A model generated the notes under the pieces. That model was not told the origin of the DNA. It ran no database searches and saw only the letters and a program-made list of their open reading frames with translations. DNA of 44,351 nt, counting the filler, from Sphacelaria rigidula (lineage: Eukaryota): assembly GCA_964200075.2 (NCBI GenBank). It is 2 parts of 2 records of this genome, joined end to end, with 100 filler letters (N's around TTAATTAATTAA, not from the genome) between each part and the next. Parts side by side here need not be neighbours in the genome. Positions count along the whole stretch, not along the records: positions 1 to 22,141 come from CAXNAA020000351.1; positions 22,242 to 44,351 come from CAXNAA020000352.1. One strand, 5' to 3'. Shown in pieces: positions 14,601-25,312 of the stretch. Both the position numbers and the translations under genes were made by a program. Each line of letters starts with the position of its first letter. The stretch's first letter is position 1.

Positions 14601-17600
14601 TATATGATATGTAGAGTCAACGGCAGCTTTTTGTGTGCTTCCGTTGTCATCGCTCGATTGGCTGCTCCGTCAACCGTTTGTTACGTGTAGGCTGTCTATA
14701 GCAAGCCGGAGGCGCGGAAGCAAGATTCGTGCGTTGCAGAAGGAGGGCAAGGTCAACTCCTGGAACAGGTGTGTCGAGTTGCCATGTCGTAACTTTTGAT
14801 CTTCCCCTCCCGAGCGGGGTATTGAGCTCGCATTCTGACGACGGACTGATCTACACGAGACTTCAATTATCACTGACTCTGGCGTCGTTGAATTCTATGA
14901 TACCAAAAGTACATTGGTCGTAATCGACATGTCCCAGGATAATTTAAAGCAGCCGCTTTTCCTTGTGCAATTTACAAATTTGGTGCAAACTGCAGCGGGC
15001 TAACTTGCTCCGAACCGCAGGATATCCTGCTAGCGGAGTACAAAGTGCAAGCTAGATTTTGTTTTCTTCAGAACGCGGTAGAACAGGCAGTCACATATGT
15101 CTCGAAACATCACGCGGTAATGTTGGCATGCCCTATCGTGATCAGAAACGTAGTGTTAGGTCGAGCCCACGGCCCAAAATCAGGTGGGTGCTTGCGCCGC
15201 CTAGACAGTCTGACCGTCTTGCAATCATTTTGACTAGTTGGAGGCAGTGCAGCCGCAGACACCAAAACGTAATGCCCAACATGACTACAACGATTTCAAG
15301 TGGTGGGATTGTTCTTGCAGCAAAACATGATGAGTACGAGGTGACCAACGTGTGCTGGGCACACTGTGTCCGATACACCAAAATACCGCCTGAAATACAC
15401 CCCACTGTCCACTGACACGGGTAAACAAGTACATATACAGTGCACACAGTCTCGCTTGTGGCGAAAAGCAGCATTCTTGGCACAGTGCTCCCGGGATGGT
15501 CGCAAGTACACCTGAGAGATATCGCTATGCTCCATCCTCGAATTTACCCGGCGTCGTGATTCGCACCGTAATCTACATCCTATGGGAGAAAATGAGTATA
15601 AATTACGACAGACGAAGGTGCTTGTTTTGCCCTTGATTTGCATTTGCATCTAGTTTGCATGATTATTCACAACAACAGTCGGTTGCCCCGATGGCTCAGT
15701 TGGTGACCCCGAAACCTTTCGACGGCCGGGTCGTGGGTTCGAATCTCGGTGCCGTCACCCGATCTGGGATTTTTTTATCAAATCATGCCCAACAATGGAG
15801 AGCGACGTTGTCGTGGGTACACAAAATTCGACTTCGCGGTCGAAGAGGGGAAGGGACCGCTGAACCCCTATCGCGATAAAAATAGGGCGAACGCCGCAGA
15901 AGGAATGTGGCGAATTAAAAGCAAGAAATGAAGAACTCCTGTGTTGGCCTGACTCCTGTGTGACCCCAGCTGAATCGCCCAAATATACCGAAAGGTGTAG
16001 ACTGGCGTCCAGAATAGATGGGATGACAGCACACATACACTCTCCCTACTAGAATTGACTCTTACATTTCCGAGCAAGCCCGGGCTACAACTTACCCATG
16101 AGCACCCGCTTCCCACCCCGTTCACGTTCGCTCGCTACCGCAAAATATCACCTGATCATTGAAAGGGCGCTGAAGGAAATTGCCGATCGCCCTCACAGAA
16201 GGAGCACGATGTCTCCACCGCAAGCGTACACCCACATAATGATGTGGTCATCGAGACGTCGGTGGCAGGCAGCCACCCAACGACAACTGGCCCAGCCGGA
16301 GGTACCACCAGTGTTGTCCAGGAAGAAGCCTCAACCAGCGACGATGCTTACGCCAGCCCAGACTCCCATGCGTTTTGGTGCGGCGCGGGAGGGCCCGGGG
16401 CGCTGGAAGGGGTACATCCTGGCCTTGCCACTTACGAGTCGCAACGGGCGGCGTTGATGCCGGGACGAGGTTTCGTGGCGGGAGCTGAGGATGGGGCGGC
16501 AAGAGCGAGAGAGTATTCGCTAATGCTTGGCCAGATGCAGGTGCGGCTCGTTTCCGATAGTGTGGAAGAGACGTACGAAAATGTATCCCTGTATTGTAGA
16601 TGTGGCGCTGAAGTAGTGGACGTGACCTGTGCGTATGGTTCCAGTGCCAGATTTGGCTCTGATTTGTGTTCATGTTGGTGGCTTAAGCAGCTCATTTTCT
16701 TGGTACCTACTGCAGAATACGACGCGTTTTTGTGTCCTCTTTTAATGCCTGTGGCCGCGTGCGTCGATGCGTTTTCCATGTTTTCAGGAGGTGCTAGAGC
16801 TAGGTGCTGACGACGCCAGCACCGACTCGAGTTGGGGAGATTCTAGCAAGTCCGATGAACCCGACCGAGGAGCATCGGCAAACGGATCAAATTCTGCGAG
16901 CACAAACAGCGGTGGCAGCGCCGAGGAAGAAGCAAAAGTAGTAGCCAAAATATGGCATAGGCCCAAGAGCACGGTGAGACGCGACAGAGCGCACCCGCCA
17001 GGCCTCAGCCCACACGAAAGTAGGGAGTCTGCAATAGCGCAAGGTGCGTCCGGCTTGGGATCCAACCATTCGCCGACAAGTGGGAGAGAAGCGGTGCCGG
17101 CTGGCGACTCCGGACCCGCCCAAAAAGAGGTGAGGAAACTTCCGCGCTACGGAGCCAAATTGGCGTCCAAGCTCTCCGCGCGTTCGTTGCTCGCCTCCGT
17201 TAACGGGAACATTTCTATCACGTCGAGCAAGGAAACCGAGATTGGCTCGGGCCCAGTGGGGGCAAAGAGAAGAAGTCTGTCTCCGCCGTGGAACAATAAG
17301 GTTGAAGGCAAGCGAGGGTGCGAAAATAGTAGTAGATCTCCGTCGCCCGGTACGCTTAGCTCACGCCTGGAGAACCGTAGAGGGAGGGATCAACTGGATG
17401 GTGATACAAGTCCGTGTCGTGCTGGCATTATCGAGGGGGGGGGTAGTGGTGTACCAAGCAGTGCTGGAGGAAGACCCGGCACCGTGGATCGAGGTGGTAG
17501 GGTCGGCAACAACGGGATGCGAGAGGACCGTGAGATAGGGTCGGTAGACGGGCCAGTGTTGTCTGTGCCGCAAGCTACTGCACATGTATTCCGTCCGGCT

Positions 17601-19834
17601 AACTCCGCCGAATGCGCAAGCAGCGGCGAGCTGCGTGGTTTAAGCATTGCTGGTGACCAGTCTCTAGATGCCGAGTCTGGATCGCAGCGTGAAGGAGGTG
17701 GCACAAGGCATCACGAGAGAACGGACGCCGTACCACCTCCCCCAGGTGCGAACGAGCAAAGTGGAGTTACAGGCGGAGACGCCCGTTCACCGTCGCTGCA
17801 GGGACAGCACGAGAGGAGCGAACGCCGAATACCCTCCCCTTCCCCTGACGAAAGGCATAAAACGGTGGGAGCGGAGGTGGCGAGGTGTCACTCAAAAGAA
17901 GCAGGATCCAGCGGCGAGGAGAAAGACCGGGTGCTTTCGGGTGTCGAGAGGTTGACTTTGAGCAGGGAAGAATCCGCGTTTTTGCGAAATCGCTTGTCCG
18001 GGGAGCTTGGCAACGACACGTTTCACAACGCTTGCAGGTAAGAGCGGTACAGTGGTGTTTGGCCTATTTTGAACGGTGGGGTTGGTTCTGGAAGCATAAC
18101 ATGGGTTTCTCCATTTTTCACCGATGGAGCTTGAAAAAACAGGCATAATCCACGGCGTTCGCCCGCCTGCAGCGCAAGTGCTCAGTGCCATGTTTTCACC
18201 CTCCGAAACAGCAAGGCATATGGCATCTGGGCAGTACGTGCGCCAAATTGTATGAAGCAAGCAGCAGCACTGATTCTTGGGGATGCCTATTTTCGAATCG
18301 GAAGTGGAGCTTAAATCGCGGTGAAAAATAAGTCGTGTAAACTTAGCAAGAAAGCAACGCCGAAAAACGTGCGAACGAGGAGGAAATCTCAAAAGAGACG
18401 TGGCACTTTTTGACCGCTGAGAAAGTCCCTTGGTGCATCATGTGTACTGTATGTACCTTGTGAGAGGCAGTCTCCACCTTCCCGTCAGTGGTGGCTTTGA
18501 TCATTGGTTCTTCCGCGCATTTTGCGACGTGGGTTATAACGTTCAAAAGTTGAGCATGTGTAGAGCATGTGTTGAGAAGCGGGAAGCGGGACACAAAGAA
18601 GTAATTTGGCAGTACCGGTGAGCAGTGCCGATGCGCAAACAACCACCCGCGGAAATGCGGCGACGTTTTTGCACCCTCGGTGTTTAGATGTCACGGTGTT
18701 TGTTTGGTGGAGGCGGGTGTCCAATTGTTCTATATGTGAATGTTACTTCGTATGGCACTGGTGACAAGTGCCAACGCTCCCATGAAACAGCATACACTAA
18801 TGACCTTTTCGCCAGATCAAGTGTCGAGCATTCGAATTAAGTGGGCTGATGAGGGAAAGACGTTGTTTCTGTGTTCCATTAATGCATAGGATACTAGTAA
18901 TTATATGTGTAAATAAATGTCAAGTGTAAATCATGTCGATTCAACAGATCAACTACCCAAGCGGTCAAAGGATTAGTGCAAGTGACGTTACCGAACACTT
19001 TGAAATTTGGAGTCGTTAGCTGTACGGTACATTTTGTTGAACGAGCACTCAAATCACGGGAACAACGATATCGATCATCGGAACATTCCTCTCATTACGC
19101 CTCTTGGGACCGGATTCCCAGAAACGTATGATTTGCACCCAGGGGCCTTTTTGTGAATCGGCATCATTTTTACGTGAAGTTCCCAAAGGGTTAATCCGCC
19201 GCTGTGCATTCGGCAGGTTCCGAATATACGTCCTACATAATATGATTTTCAACACTGTTTTTGCGAGTAATACGTTGAATTCTAGTGAAGCATATCAACC
19301 CGCCGCGATTTCGAAGAGTTATATGTTTTGTTGGATTCGATTTGTTGATCTGGGTCACGTGGTAACATTTCAAGTGAAAATGGTCCCGTTTCCTCAAGGG
19401 GACATCAGCGCCGGAGGTATCCATGTATAGAATCGGTATCAATTTCACTTCTTTTTCGATTGAAAATGGAGTGACCAATCCACACTCAATCGGATGCGGA
19501 ACACCCAAGCTGGCGAAAAGGCTTTTATGCGTGTCTCACCACCTGCTCGTTCTTCCGCGTTTTGAATTTCTCATGGCCATGAATCATGCAACTGTACCGC
19601 GAACTCTCCACCGTCTGTATCGAACAAAACTATGATCAAAGATACCTCAGAGAGGTGGATCTCGACGGCGGCGACGACGAGACGATGACCATGAAGGTGG
19701 AACGCATCCTCGGCGGTGCGGAGCATCTTAACCACCTGCCTGACCTGCTAAGGCTCGTTGCTGCGGAACAAATGCGGTCTTCGTCCGGTGGTGGCGGTGG
19801 TAGTGATGGTGGTGGTGGTGATGATCATATGTGA
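2547..19834 (+). CDS. NIMA-related Ser/Thr kinase, NEK1-like; 19 exons, ~2163 aa (whole gene span)
   Basis: Phase-consistent GT-AG exons: 2547-2630, 5395-5451, 6143-6333, 6677-6806, 7049-7164, 7507-7614, 7995-8127, 8543-8981, 9272-10083, 10360-10869, 11066-11596, 11940-12208, 12362-12509, 12848-13341, 13867-14473, 14691-14768, 16199-16540, 16788-18037, 19642-19834 (6492 nt). Motifs: [44 protein letters not shown], then NEK1-type EEFSHTVLH and a C-terminal [10 protein letters not shown]...ERILG domain. Boundaries in the low-complexity middle are less certain. Confidence 0.9.
3215..3410 (+). repeat. Dispersed repeat; inverted copy at ~31515-31720
   Basis: tgcttgtgcg..tcaacttgtgctcgtcctgctcag and ctctcaacg..agctc match the reverse complement of 31515-31720. 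Confidence 0.6.
5395..5451 (+). CDS. NEK exon 2 (catalytic Lys)
   Basis: Pyrimidine tract and ttcag; [19 protein letters not shown]; donor gtgagc. Confidence 0.9.
6143..6333 (+). CDS. NEK exon 3
   Basis: [17 protein letters not shown]...MDYADGGDL...EEVILDW; aag acceptor, gtgcgc donor. Confidence 0.92.
6677..6806 (+). CDS. NEK exon 4 (HRD, DFG)
   Basis: [43 protein letters not shown]; cag acceptor, gtgagg donor. Confidence 0.95.
7049..7164 (+). CDS. NEK exon 5 (activation segment)
   Basis: [39 protein letters not shown]; cag acceptor, gtgaga donor. Confidence 0.95.
7507..7614 (+). CDS. NEK exon 6
   Basis: [35 protein letters not shown]; aag acceptor, gtgtgt donor. Confidence 0.93.
7995..8127 (+). 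CDS. NEK exon 7 (end of kinase domain)
   Basis: [44 protein letters not shown]. Confidence 0.92.
8543..8981 (+). CDS. NEK exon 8
   Basis: Starts [11 protein letters not shown] (NEK1-type post-kinase motif); donor gtaagt. Confidence 0.88.
9272..10083 (+). CDS. NEK exon 9
   Basis: Open frame in phase with exon 8; cag acceptor, gtaagc donor. Confidence 0.82.
10360..10869 (+). CDS. NEK exon 10
   Basis: Open frame ending [16 protein letters not shown]; cag acceptor, gtaggt donor. Confidence 0.82.
11066..11596 (+). CDS. NEK exon 11
   Basis: [10 protein letters not shown]...AAIPK, continuing the helix from exon 10; aag acceptor, gtaaga donor. Confidence 0.78.
11940..12208 (+). CDS. NEK exon 12
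   Basis: TPPRVRPTG...EKKPT; cag acceptor, gtgagc donor. Confidence 0.78.
12362..12509 (+). CDS. NEK exon 13
   Basis: [12 protein letters not shown]...EERVQ; tgcag acceptor; donor at 12510 (in-frame alternative at 12516). Confidence 0.72.
12848..13341 (+). CDS. NEK exon 14
   Basis: [22 protein letters not shown]...KPKPKP; cag acceptor, gtgaga donor. Confidence 0.8.
13867..14473 (+). CDS. NEK exon 15
   Basis: [18 protein letters not shown], poly-Asp; tttag acceptor; donor gtgatc less certain. Confidence 0.75.
14691..14768 (+). CDS. NEK exon 16 (small, symmetric)
   Basis: gtag acceptor; [26 protein letters not shown]; gtgtgt donor; 78 nt, phase 0/0. Confidence 0.6.
15685..16040 (+). mobile_element. 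tRNA-derived SINE-like element, copy 1
   Basis: A box TGGCTCAGTTGG, B box GGTTCGAATC, conserved body and CA-rich tail; aligns with copies at 21152 and 41950. Confidence 0.8.
16199..16540 (+). CDS. NEK exon 17
   Basis: Ends [12 protein letters not shown] with gtgcgg donor; 5' boundary less certain. Confidence 0.72.
16788..18037 (+). CDS. NEK exon 18
   Basis: ttttcag acceptor; 1250-nt open frame ending [18 protein letters not shown]; donor gtaaga. Confidence 0.85.
18940..19030 (+). repeat. ~90-nt dispersed repeat; second copy at ~21615-21710
   Basis: agatc..taccc.agcggtcaa.ggatt..gtgacgtt..gaacactt..ggagtcgtta.ct.tacgg in both places. Confidence 0.55.
19642..19834 (+). CDS. NEK exon 19 (terminal)
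   Basis: [44 protein letters not shown]...stop; phase matches exon 18. Confidence 0.85.
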
Positions 19835-20623
19835 GAATTTACTCATGCGAGTGCGGGAAAATATGGAGACGGTGCTCATTTTGTCAGGCGCAAGCAACCG
19901 TATTGTGATGGATTACTTTTGACTGGTTGACCCGGAAGCCCCAACAGCGCCTTTTATTGAATACCGTAGTGATTTTGTTATCTTCTTTAGGATGTATGGC
20001 AGGGAAAGTATGATGAGTAGATTTTCAGGATCTGCCTTTTCGGGAGGGATTTTGTTGTGTAAATACACGCTCGTGCTGTCTGCGTGACTCATGTAGCAGG
20101 GCTGCTGTGTAAGCTGTCCTTTACCACCCGGCGCGCGAACGGGATGAGGAAAAATATAAGAAGCAAAATATGACATGCAAAGTGTCTGCAGCTCCTTGCT
20201 TGCACCGATTTTCTTCACGTGGGCTGGATAGTTGTTGGCACGGTGCGTATACACGCACTCAGCATGGGAAAATGCGACACATCCCCTGCGGACGACATGG
20301 TGCTGTGCGTTCGCCTTCGACCAGAATATGGTACTCGGCCTACTTGTTTTGGGCATGGTAGACCACCCCGCAGCACATGAATTGTTACCTCGGATGCTGT
20401 AATATCCATGTTAAGCATGTCATGGGCAGTGACCTCGGCGCCCTCTCGTTGGCCCTCATGAACTTGACGGTACAGTGCTTTTCTGCACAAGTGTACTTTA
20501 CCGACGACCTATGTGCTTGGAAGGTAAGAAAACGGACAAGCGTGCCCCCGCTACTGTACGTCACGTACGGACATGGAACGCATCACCAGGAACACAAAAC
20601 TACAGTGCAGCACGAGATTCGTC

Positions 20624-20785
20624 TTATTTCTGTTGTCGCCGCTTTGCCGCTTCGTCTATACGCTCCATGTGCCGCATTTCTCGGGCCCGAAGAGCTCGCC
20701 GCTCCTCTTCTTCAAGCTCCGCCTCCGCATTTTCTCGTGCCCCACGAGCCTCGTCCTTGTCCATCAAACGAGTTATGTATTCCCA
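20624..20785 (-). CDS. Terminal exon of an unidentified gene (charged helical C-terminus); upstream exons not found
   Basis: Minus strand: pyrimidine-rich upstream, ttgctcag acceptor, WEYITRLMDKDEARGARENAEAELEEEERRARRAREMRHMERIDEAAKRRQQK then TAA. Confidence 0.6.
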   Translation of the reverse strand, partial: WEYITRLMDKDEARGARENAEAELEEEERRALRAREMRHMERIDEAAKRRQQK

Positions 20786-21151
20786 CTGAGCAACGGAGGT
20801 GACGCGAAGGAACGATGAGGGGGATAAGGAACATGAAACAGGGAATGTTAGCGCGGCGTGAGGGAGGAGATGATAAACGACGCATCGTACCGAGAAATAC
20901 TGCTTTTACAGCGCAATGACAGGGCGTGCACGCCCTGTATGTTCCCTCAGTTTAGGATGCAATTCTGCCCGAAGCCAGATTTCGAGTATCGGGGAGCATT
21001 CCTGTTGTTCAGGTCGCAACACGAAATGATTGCTTAACAACACTCGGCGTCTCAACACAAGTAATGATAACCTCTCGCCAGTTTCAGTGTTCGGCATCTG
21101 ATTGAGCATAGAGTGCAACAATGACTGCGTTTTTATTTGTCCCACCAATGT

Positions 21152-21516
21152 GCCCCGATGGCTCAGGTGGTAACCTCGATACCTTCTGACGGTTGGGTCG
21201 TGAGTTCAAATCTCAGAGCGATCCCTGGGATTTTTTCTCAACGTGCCCAACAGTGGAGAGCGACCATGTCGTGGGTACAAAGAATTCGACTTGATGGTCG
21301 ATAAGGGAGAAGGGAGTGCTGAACCCTTCTCGCCATGAAAAATAAAAAGGTAAGCATCGCAGGAGAAAGGTCAGATACGTAGAACAAGCAGAAGAAATAA
21401 AATAAAAAACTCCTGCGTTGACCTTCCTCCTGTGTGACCGCGGCTGATGCGTCCACATATACCGAAAGGTGTAGACCGGCGTCCAGAATAGATGGGACGA
21501 TAACACACGCAAACAC
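21152..21516 (+). mobile_element. tRNA-derived SINE-like element, copy 2
   Basis: gccccgatggctcaggtggt...gagttcaaatc...tataccgaaaggtgtagac...gtccagaatagatggga...acacac. Confidence 0.8.
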
Positions 21517-22141
21517 TCTAATGTAGGACTAACATCTCTAGTGCAAAATCCAACCACGACTTTTCTGAATATCCCACTTGTTAATGCCGTCAGCGTAGAC
21601 GATGTTACTTCAAAGTTAACAATAGATCGTGTACCCTAGCGGTCAAGGGATTGATACGCGTGACGTTGCGGAACACTTCTCAGATGAGGAGTCGTTAACT
21701 CTACGGCTATCGACGCTCAACCATGTGTTTGAAGAAAATCAAATAAATGCGACAAAAACCACCCATCGTAACACTACATCATGAACTGGTTGTCACTCGC
21801 TGGGCACGTTCCAAGCCCATCTCGCGCAGAATAGGGTGCATTCCATTATTTTTCCCGAATAATTCGCTGAATGCGAGTGTAGGGTTTTGAACCGTCACGA
21901 TTTCAAAGAATCGTAGGTTGGCGTCTGATGCGGATTGCACACAGGCTGGTTCACGCCTGTCACCCAGAATTGTGTCATCAGCAAATGCCTTTCGCCATAC
22001 CTACCCAATAGCCGCATACATGATATCATACTGACGGCCATGGACAGCTGAAGAGCGTGACATAGCCGGATTTGTGTGAGCAATGCTACGGTAGGGGTGC
22101 ACTTTTTTCGGGATTTTTTGTCTGGTTCAGGGGCTTCTAAC

Positions 22142-22241
22142 NNNNNNNNNNNNNNNNNNNNNNNNNNNNNNNNNNNNNNNNNNNNTTAATTAATTAANNN
22201 NNNNNNNNNNNNNNNNNNNNNNNNNNNNNNNNNNNNNNNNN
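22142..22241. other. Assembly spacer (N-run, TTAATTAATTAA, N-run; 100 nt)
   Basis: TTAATTAATTAA at 22186-22197 centred in Ns and carrying stops in all six frames; typical contig-joining linker. Confidence 0.95.
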
Positions 22242-24307
22242 GGGTCTGAATCAACCGGCGCCGATGCTGCTGGTGCTGCTGGTGCTGCTGCTGCTGATCT
22301 TGATCGTAGACGGTCCGCGTTTCGACCGTGCGACAACACCCAAGCACCTTGCGAGTGATAGCCACCGTGCTGGACAGCGCTGGGTACGTACTACCCGGCG
22401 ATGGGTTCATGCTTGCTTACTCGGCACTCGGCAAAAAACCCAGAGCACATCACACCATGTTCGTCGTGGAGTCTTCAAATGCACAACAGTACAGCGACAA
22501 CTACAGCATAGAAATGATGGGTGTGGGAAGCGCCTTGTTCGTTGCAACAAGAGAAGCTGATGCATACTGTATGCAGTCGGTGCTCGGGTTCTAAAAAACA
22601 CCGCAGAAGCTGTGCTGTGTTGCGTTGTATTCAGTGTAGTACTCTGTACTCCATATACCATTGCAGAGTCGTGTTGTGTTCAGTGTAGTACCCTGTACTT
22701 CACATAATGGGGTCATGTTTTGAGCAGGTTTTCAAAGAGCTCCGCTTGTTTTTTTCAAGTATTCCGAAGAAAACGAGACAGTTTTCAGTCACAGAAATCC
22801 GATGCCGAATCTGGAAAAGCCTGAGACAACAACCAATTTGAAAATTGGAATGTTATCCACGCGAACGAATGTGACATTTTCGGGGCGACCTCCTCTCGAT
22901 TTTCCCACCCTGTCCAGCGTCTTCTGACGGTCCCACGGGCGACGTTGGTCCTGCACCACTCATTCCTACTACTCGTTCGGCACTGTCATCTGGGCTTTCA
23001 CACAGGGCAGCCCACCGCCGTGTTCAATCGTACCGCGGCAGCCTTTCTACTTGCGCCACTTCTGCAGTTCCCTCTGCCATAGTATGAAAGTTCCACCCGC
23101 CGCGAGTTTACAGAGGAATTACTCTTGTCTCAAGAATGCATTGGGTGGGGCCACCTCACGCGAGTGCGTCTCAAAAACGTCCGGTGCTGACGAGATGAGC
23201 GCCGGGTGTCAAGACATAGTGAGGTTGGTGATGAAAGAATGTTTGAAAGCATGCCTGCTACTGCTGTGCTACATGAGGACGCAGGATGTTGAAAAGGATC
23301 GACAGAGGTATTCCGAACTCGAGACTCCTGCTATACTTCAAAGTATTTCATAGCCAAATATGTCGGGAACCCCGAGTTTGAGATACCTCGAATCAATGGT
23401 GTCATTGTTGTGTTGTTAGGCGAATACTTGACGTCCTCCTTTCTCGCTATGATAGCAATAACACGACCAATAATAATACTTGGCTGACAGGTTATACTAT
23501 GAAATCGGAAATGATACTACAATCACAGTATTTCGAAGAACCTAAGCAAACTTCGTACTCGCACCTCAGGCACAAACCAAGCTGCAAGTGGCCACCAAAA
23601 CAAAAGCCACAACAGCGAACACAATAGATGCAATCTGGAATGGACAGTTAACTATCATCGACTCTTGCTCGTGAGAAAAACTCCAAGGGCATATCTGGCA
23701 GGGCATACTCTGATTGATTAATTGCCGCACAACATTACCATAACTAATCCCTAAGGAACTCAACCATGGTCATTATCCACAAGATACACGTACCAACGGT
23801 CAATAAACGGAAGCACTCGCTGAAGGAAAGCGGAGGCATAACGATACTATAGAGCAGGACAATAGACTATACTGAAAAAACAACACGTAAAGACGGCCGG
23901 CCTCTGTACCATGGCTTCAGGTGTGAAAGACCTTGGGCAGAAGCACATATACACTGATACAACAAAGAACAAAAAAAGTACGCGGGGACAGATTGCGGCT
24001 CATCTATTTCCGCCACACTACTCTAAGCTCTCAATTATGAACCTTACGGAAGCGAGGCACCAAACTGCGACTTGCATACACCGGGAGGAAAGAGCATAAT
24101 CAGTTAAATAGGGAGAGGAAGAGAGACCAGGAAAGCAGAGAAGAAGGAAACTACGGAAGCGATGAAGCCCGATGACTCCGGAGAGCAGGTGCAAACGCGA
24201 AACCAGGAAAAACCGCTCAGCTACCGATCAAGGACAAAATCAACAACCGACGGGAAAATTGAGGGGTACATTAGTTCCTGTGTGAACCAAGCTTCCGCTA
24301 CTCATCC

Positions 24308-25037
24308 CTAGTCGGGTGCACTTTACTCGGGTATTTTGACATCTCGTACTTCTAGTACTCACAACGTTGGGTTGGGAATTGAGATCATACCCAAGTAGCC
24401 CAATATTTGGGTAAAATATTAAAGTGTCACACCGATGTGATTATTGAGGTCATATCCATGTGATCCTCCACACTTGGATGTTGCTGAGATGGCATACCCA
24501 ATGCTGAGTAGACTGTGGAGATCACACCTGAATTGTCCAATATTTGGGCAGAGTATCAAGATCGTACCCATCTCTACCCAAATACTATTTGAAATCATCA
24601 CCAAGTGGCACTCTATACCCAGATGGTACTGAGATTACTCAACCACTTTTTGAGTACAGTATCAAGACCATACTAGAATTAGCCAAATTTGGGTAAAGTA
24701 TCAAGATCGTACCCAACTCTACCCAAACGTTGGGTAGGGCATTGAGGCCATACCCAAGCGATACGCTATACCCGGGTATTGCTCATATTACTTACCCAGG
24801 TTTTGAGTAGAGTACTGAGATTATACCCAACTCTACCCTGAATTTGGGTACCCAAAATTTGGGTATTGACGCCACCCCTATACGTGACACTCTTTACCCA
24901 GGTATTGCTGAAATTACTTCCCCAACATTTGGATAGAATGTTGACACCGTACCCTTTTTACTCAAAACTTGAGTCAAGTAATTTCTGGATAGTTTACCCG
25001 GGCACTCAGGAGTACATACCCTACCCGACCTACCCTT
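24308..25037. repeat. Degenerate array of TACCCAA/TTGGGTA-rich ~35-40-nt units
   Basis: Recurrent gagatcatacccaa..., tttgggta.agtatcaagatcgtaccca.ctctaccc units; ends gtcgggt and acccgac are inverted. Confidence 0.65.
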
Positions 25038-25141
25038 GAAAACCTCTAACTACAACAATGCGCGGGACAAAGCGCCCCAAGGTAACGAAAACGGTGACAT
25101 TGCAACACATATCAACAACCGACGCTAGCCACCAGCAATGC

Positions 25142-25312
25142 CTAGATGTCGCAAAATGTCTCGAGAGCTACCGCTACCCCGTCTAACGCATTTGTTGGTG
25201 CTGTGAAGCGGGCCGCCTTTCTGACCCCGATGGCCGATTGCCCCATCGCCACGCCATGCCCAACGGCTCGCAGCATCTCCACATCATTCTCTTCATCTCC
25301 CAACGCCATGAC
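25142..25312 (-). CDS. HAD terminal exon (motif IV)
   Basis: VMALGDEENDVEMLRAVGHGVAMGQS...TNALDGVAVALETFCDI then TAG. Confidence 0.93.
   Translation of the reverse strand, partial: VMALGDEENDVEMLRAVGHGVAMGQSAIGVRKAARFTAPTNALDGVAVALETFCDI

Noticed and set aside
15685..15760. tRNA gene (also at 21152 and 41950)
   Set aside because: A and B boxes are present, but the D and anticodon arms do not form a cloverleaf and each copy runs into a shared ~270-nt body; it is a SINE-like head.
13660..17704. Long antisense ORFs over NEK exons
   Set aside because: Expected from GC-rich low-complexity coding sequence; no independent evidence.
20624..20785. Alternative last exon of the HAD gene (phase-compatible with the 28911 donor)
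   Set aside because: It would remove motif IV and lies across an artificial contig join.
24308..25037. CRISPR-like array
   Set aside because: Units are degenerate with no unique spacers, there are no cas genes, and the context is eukaryotic.
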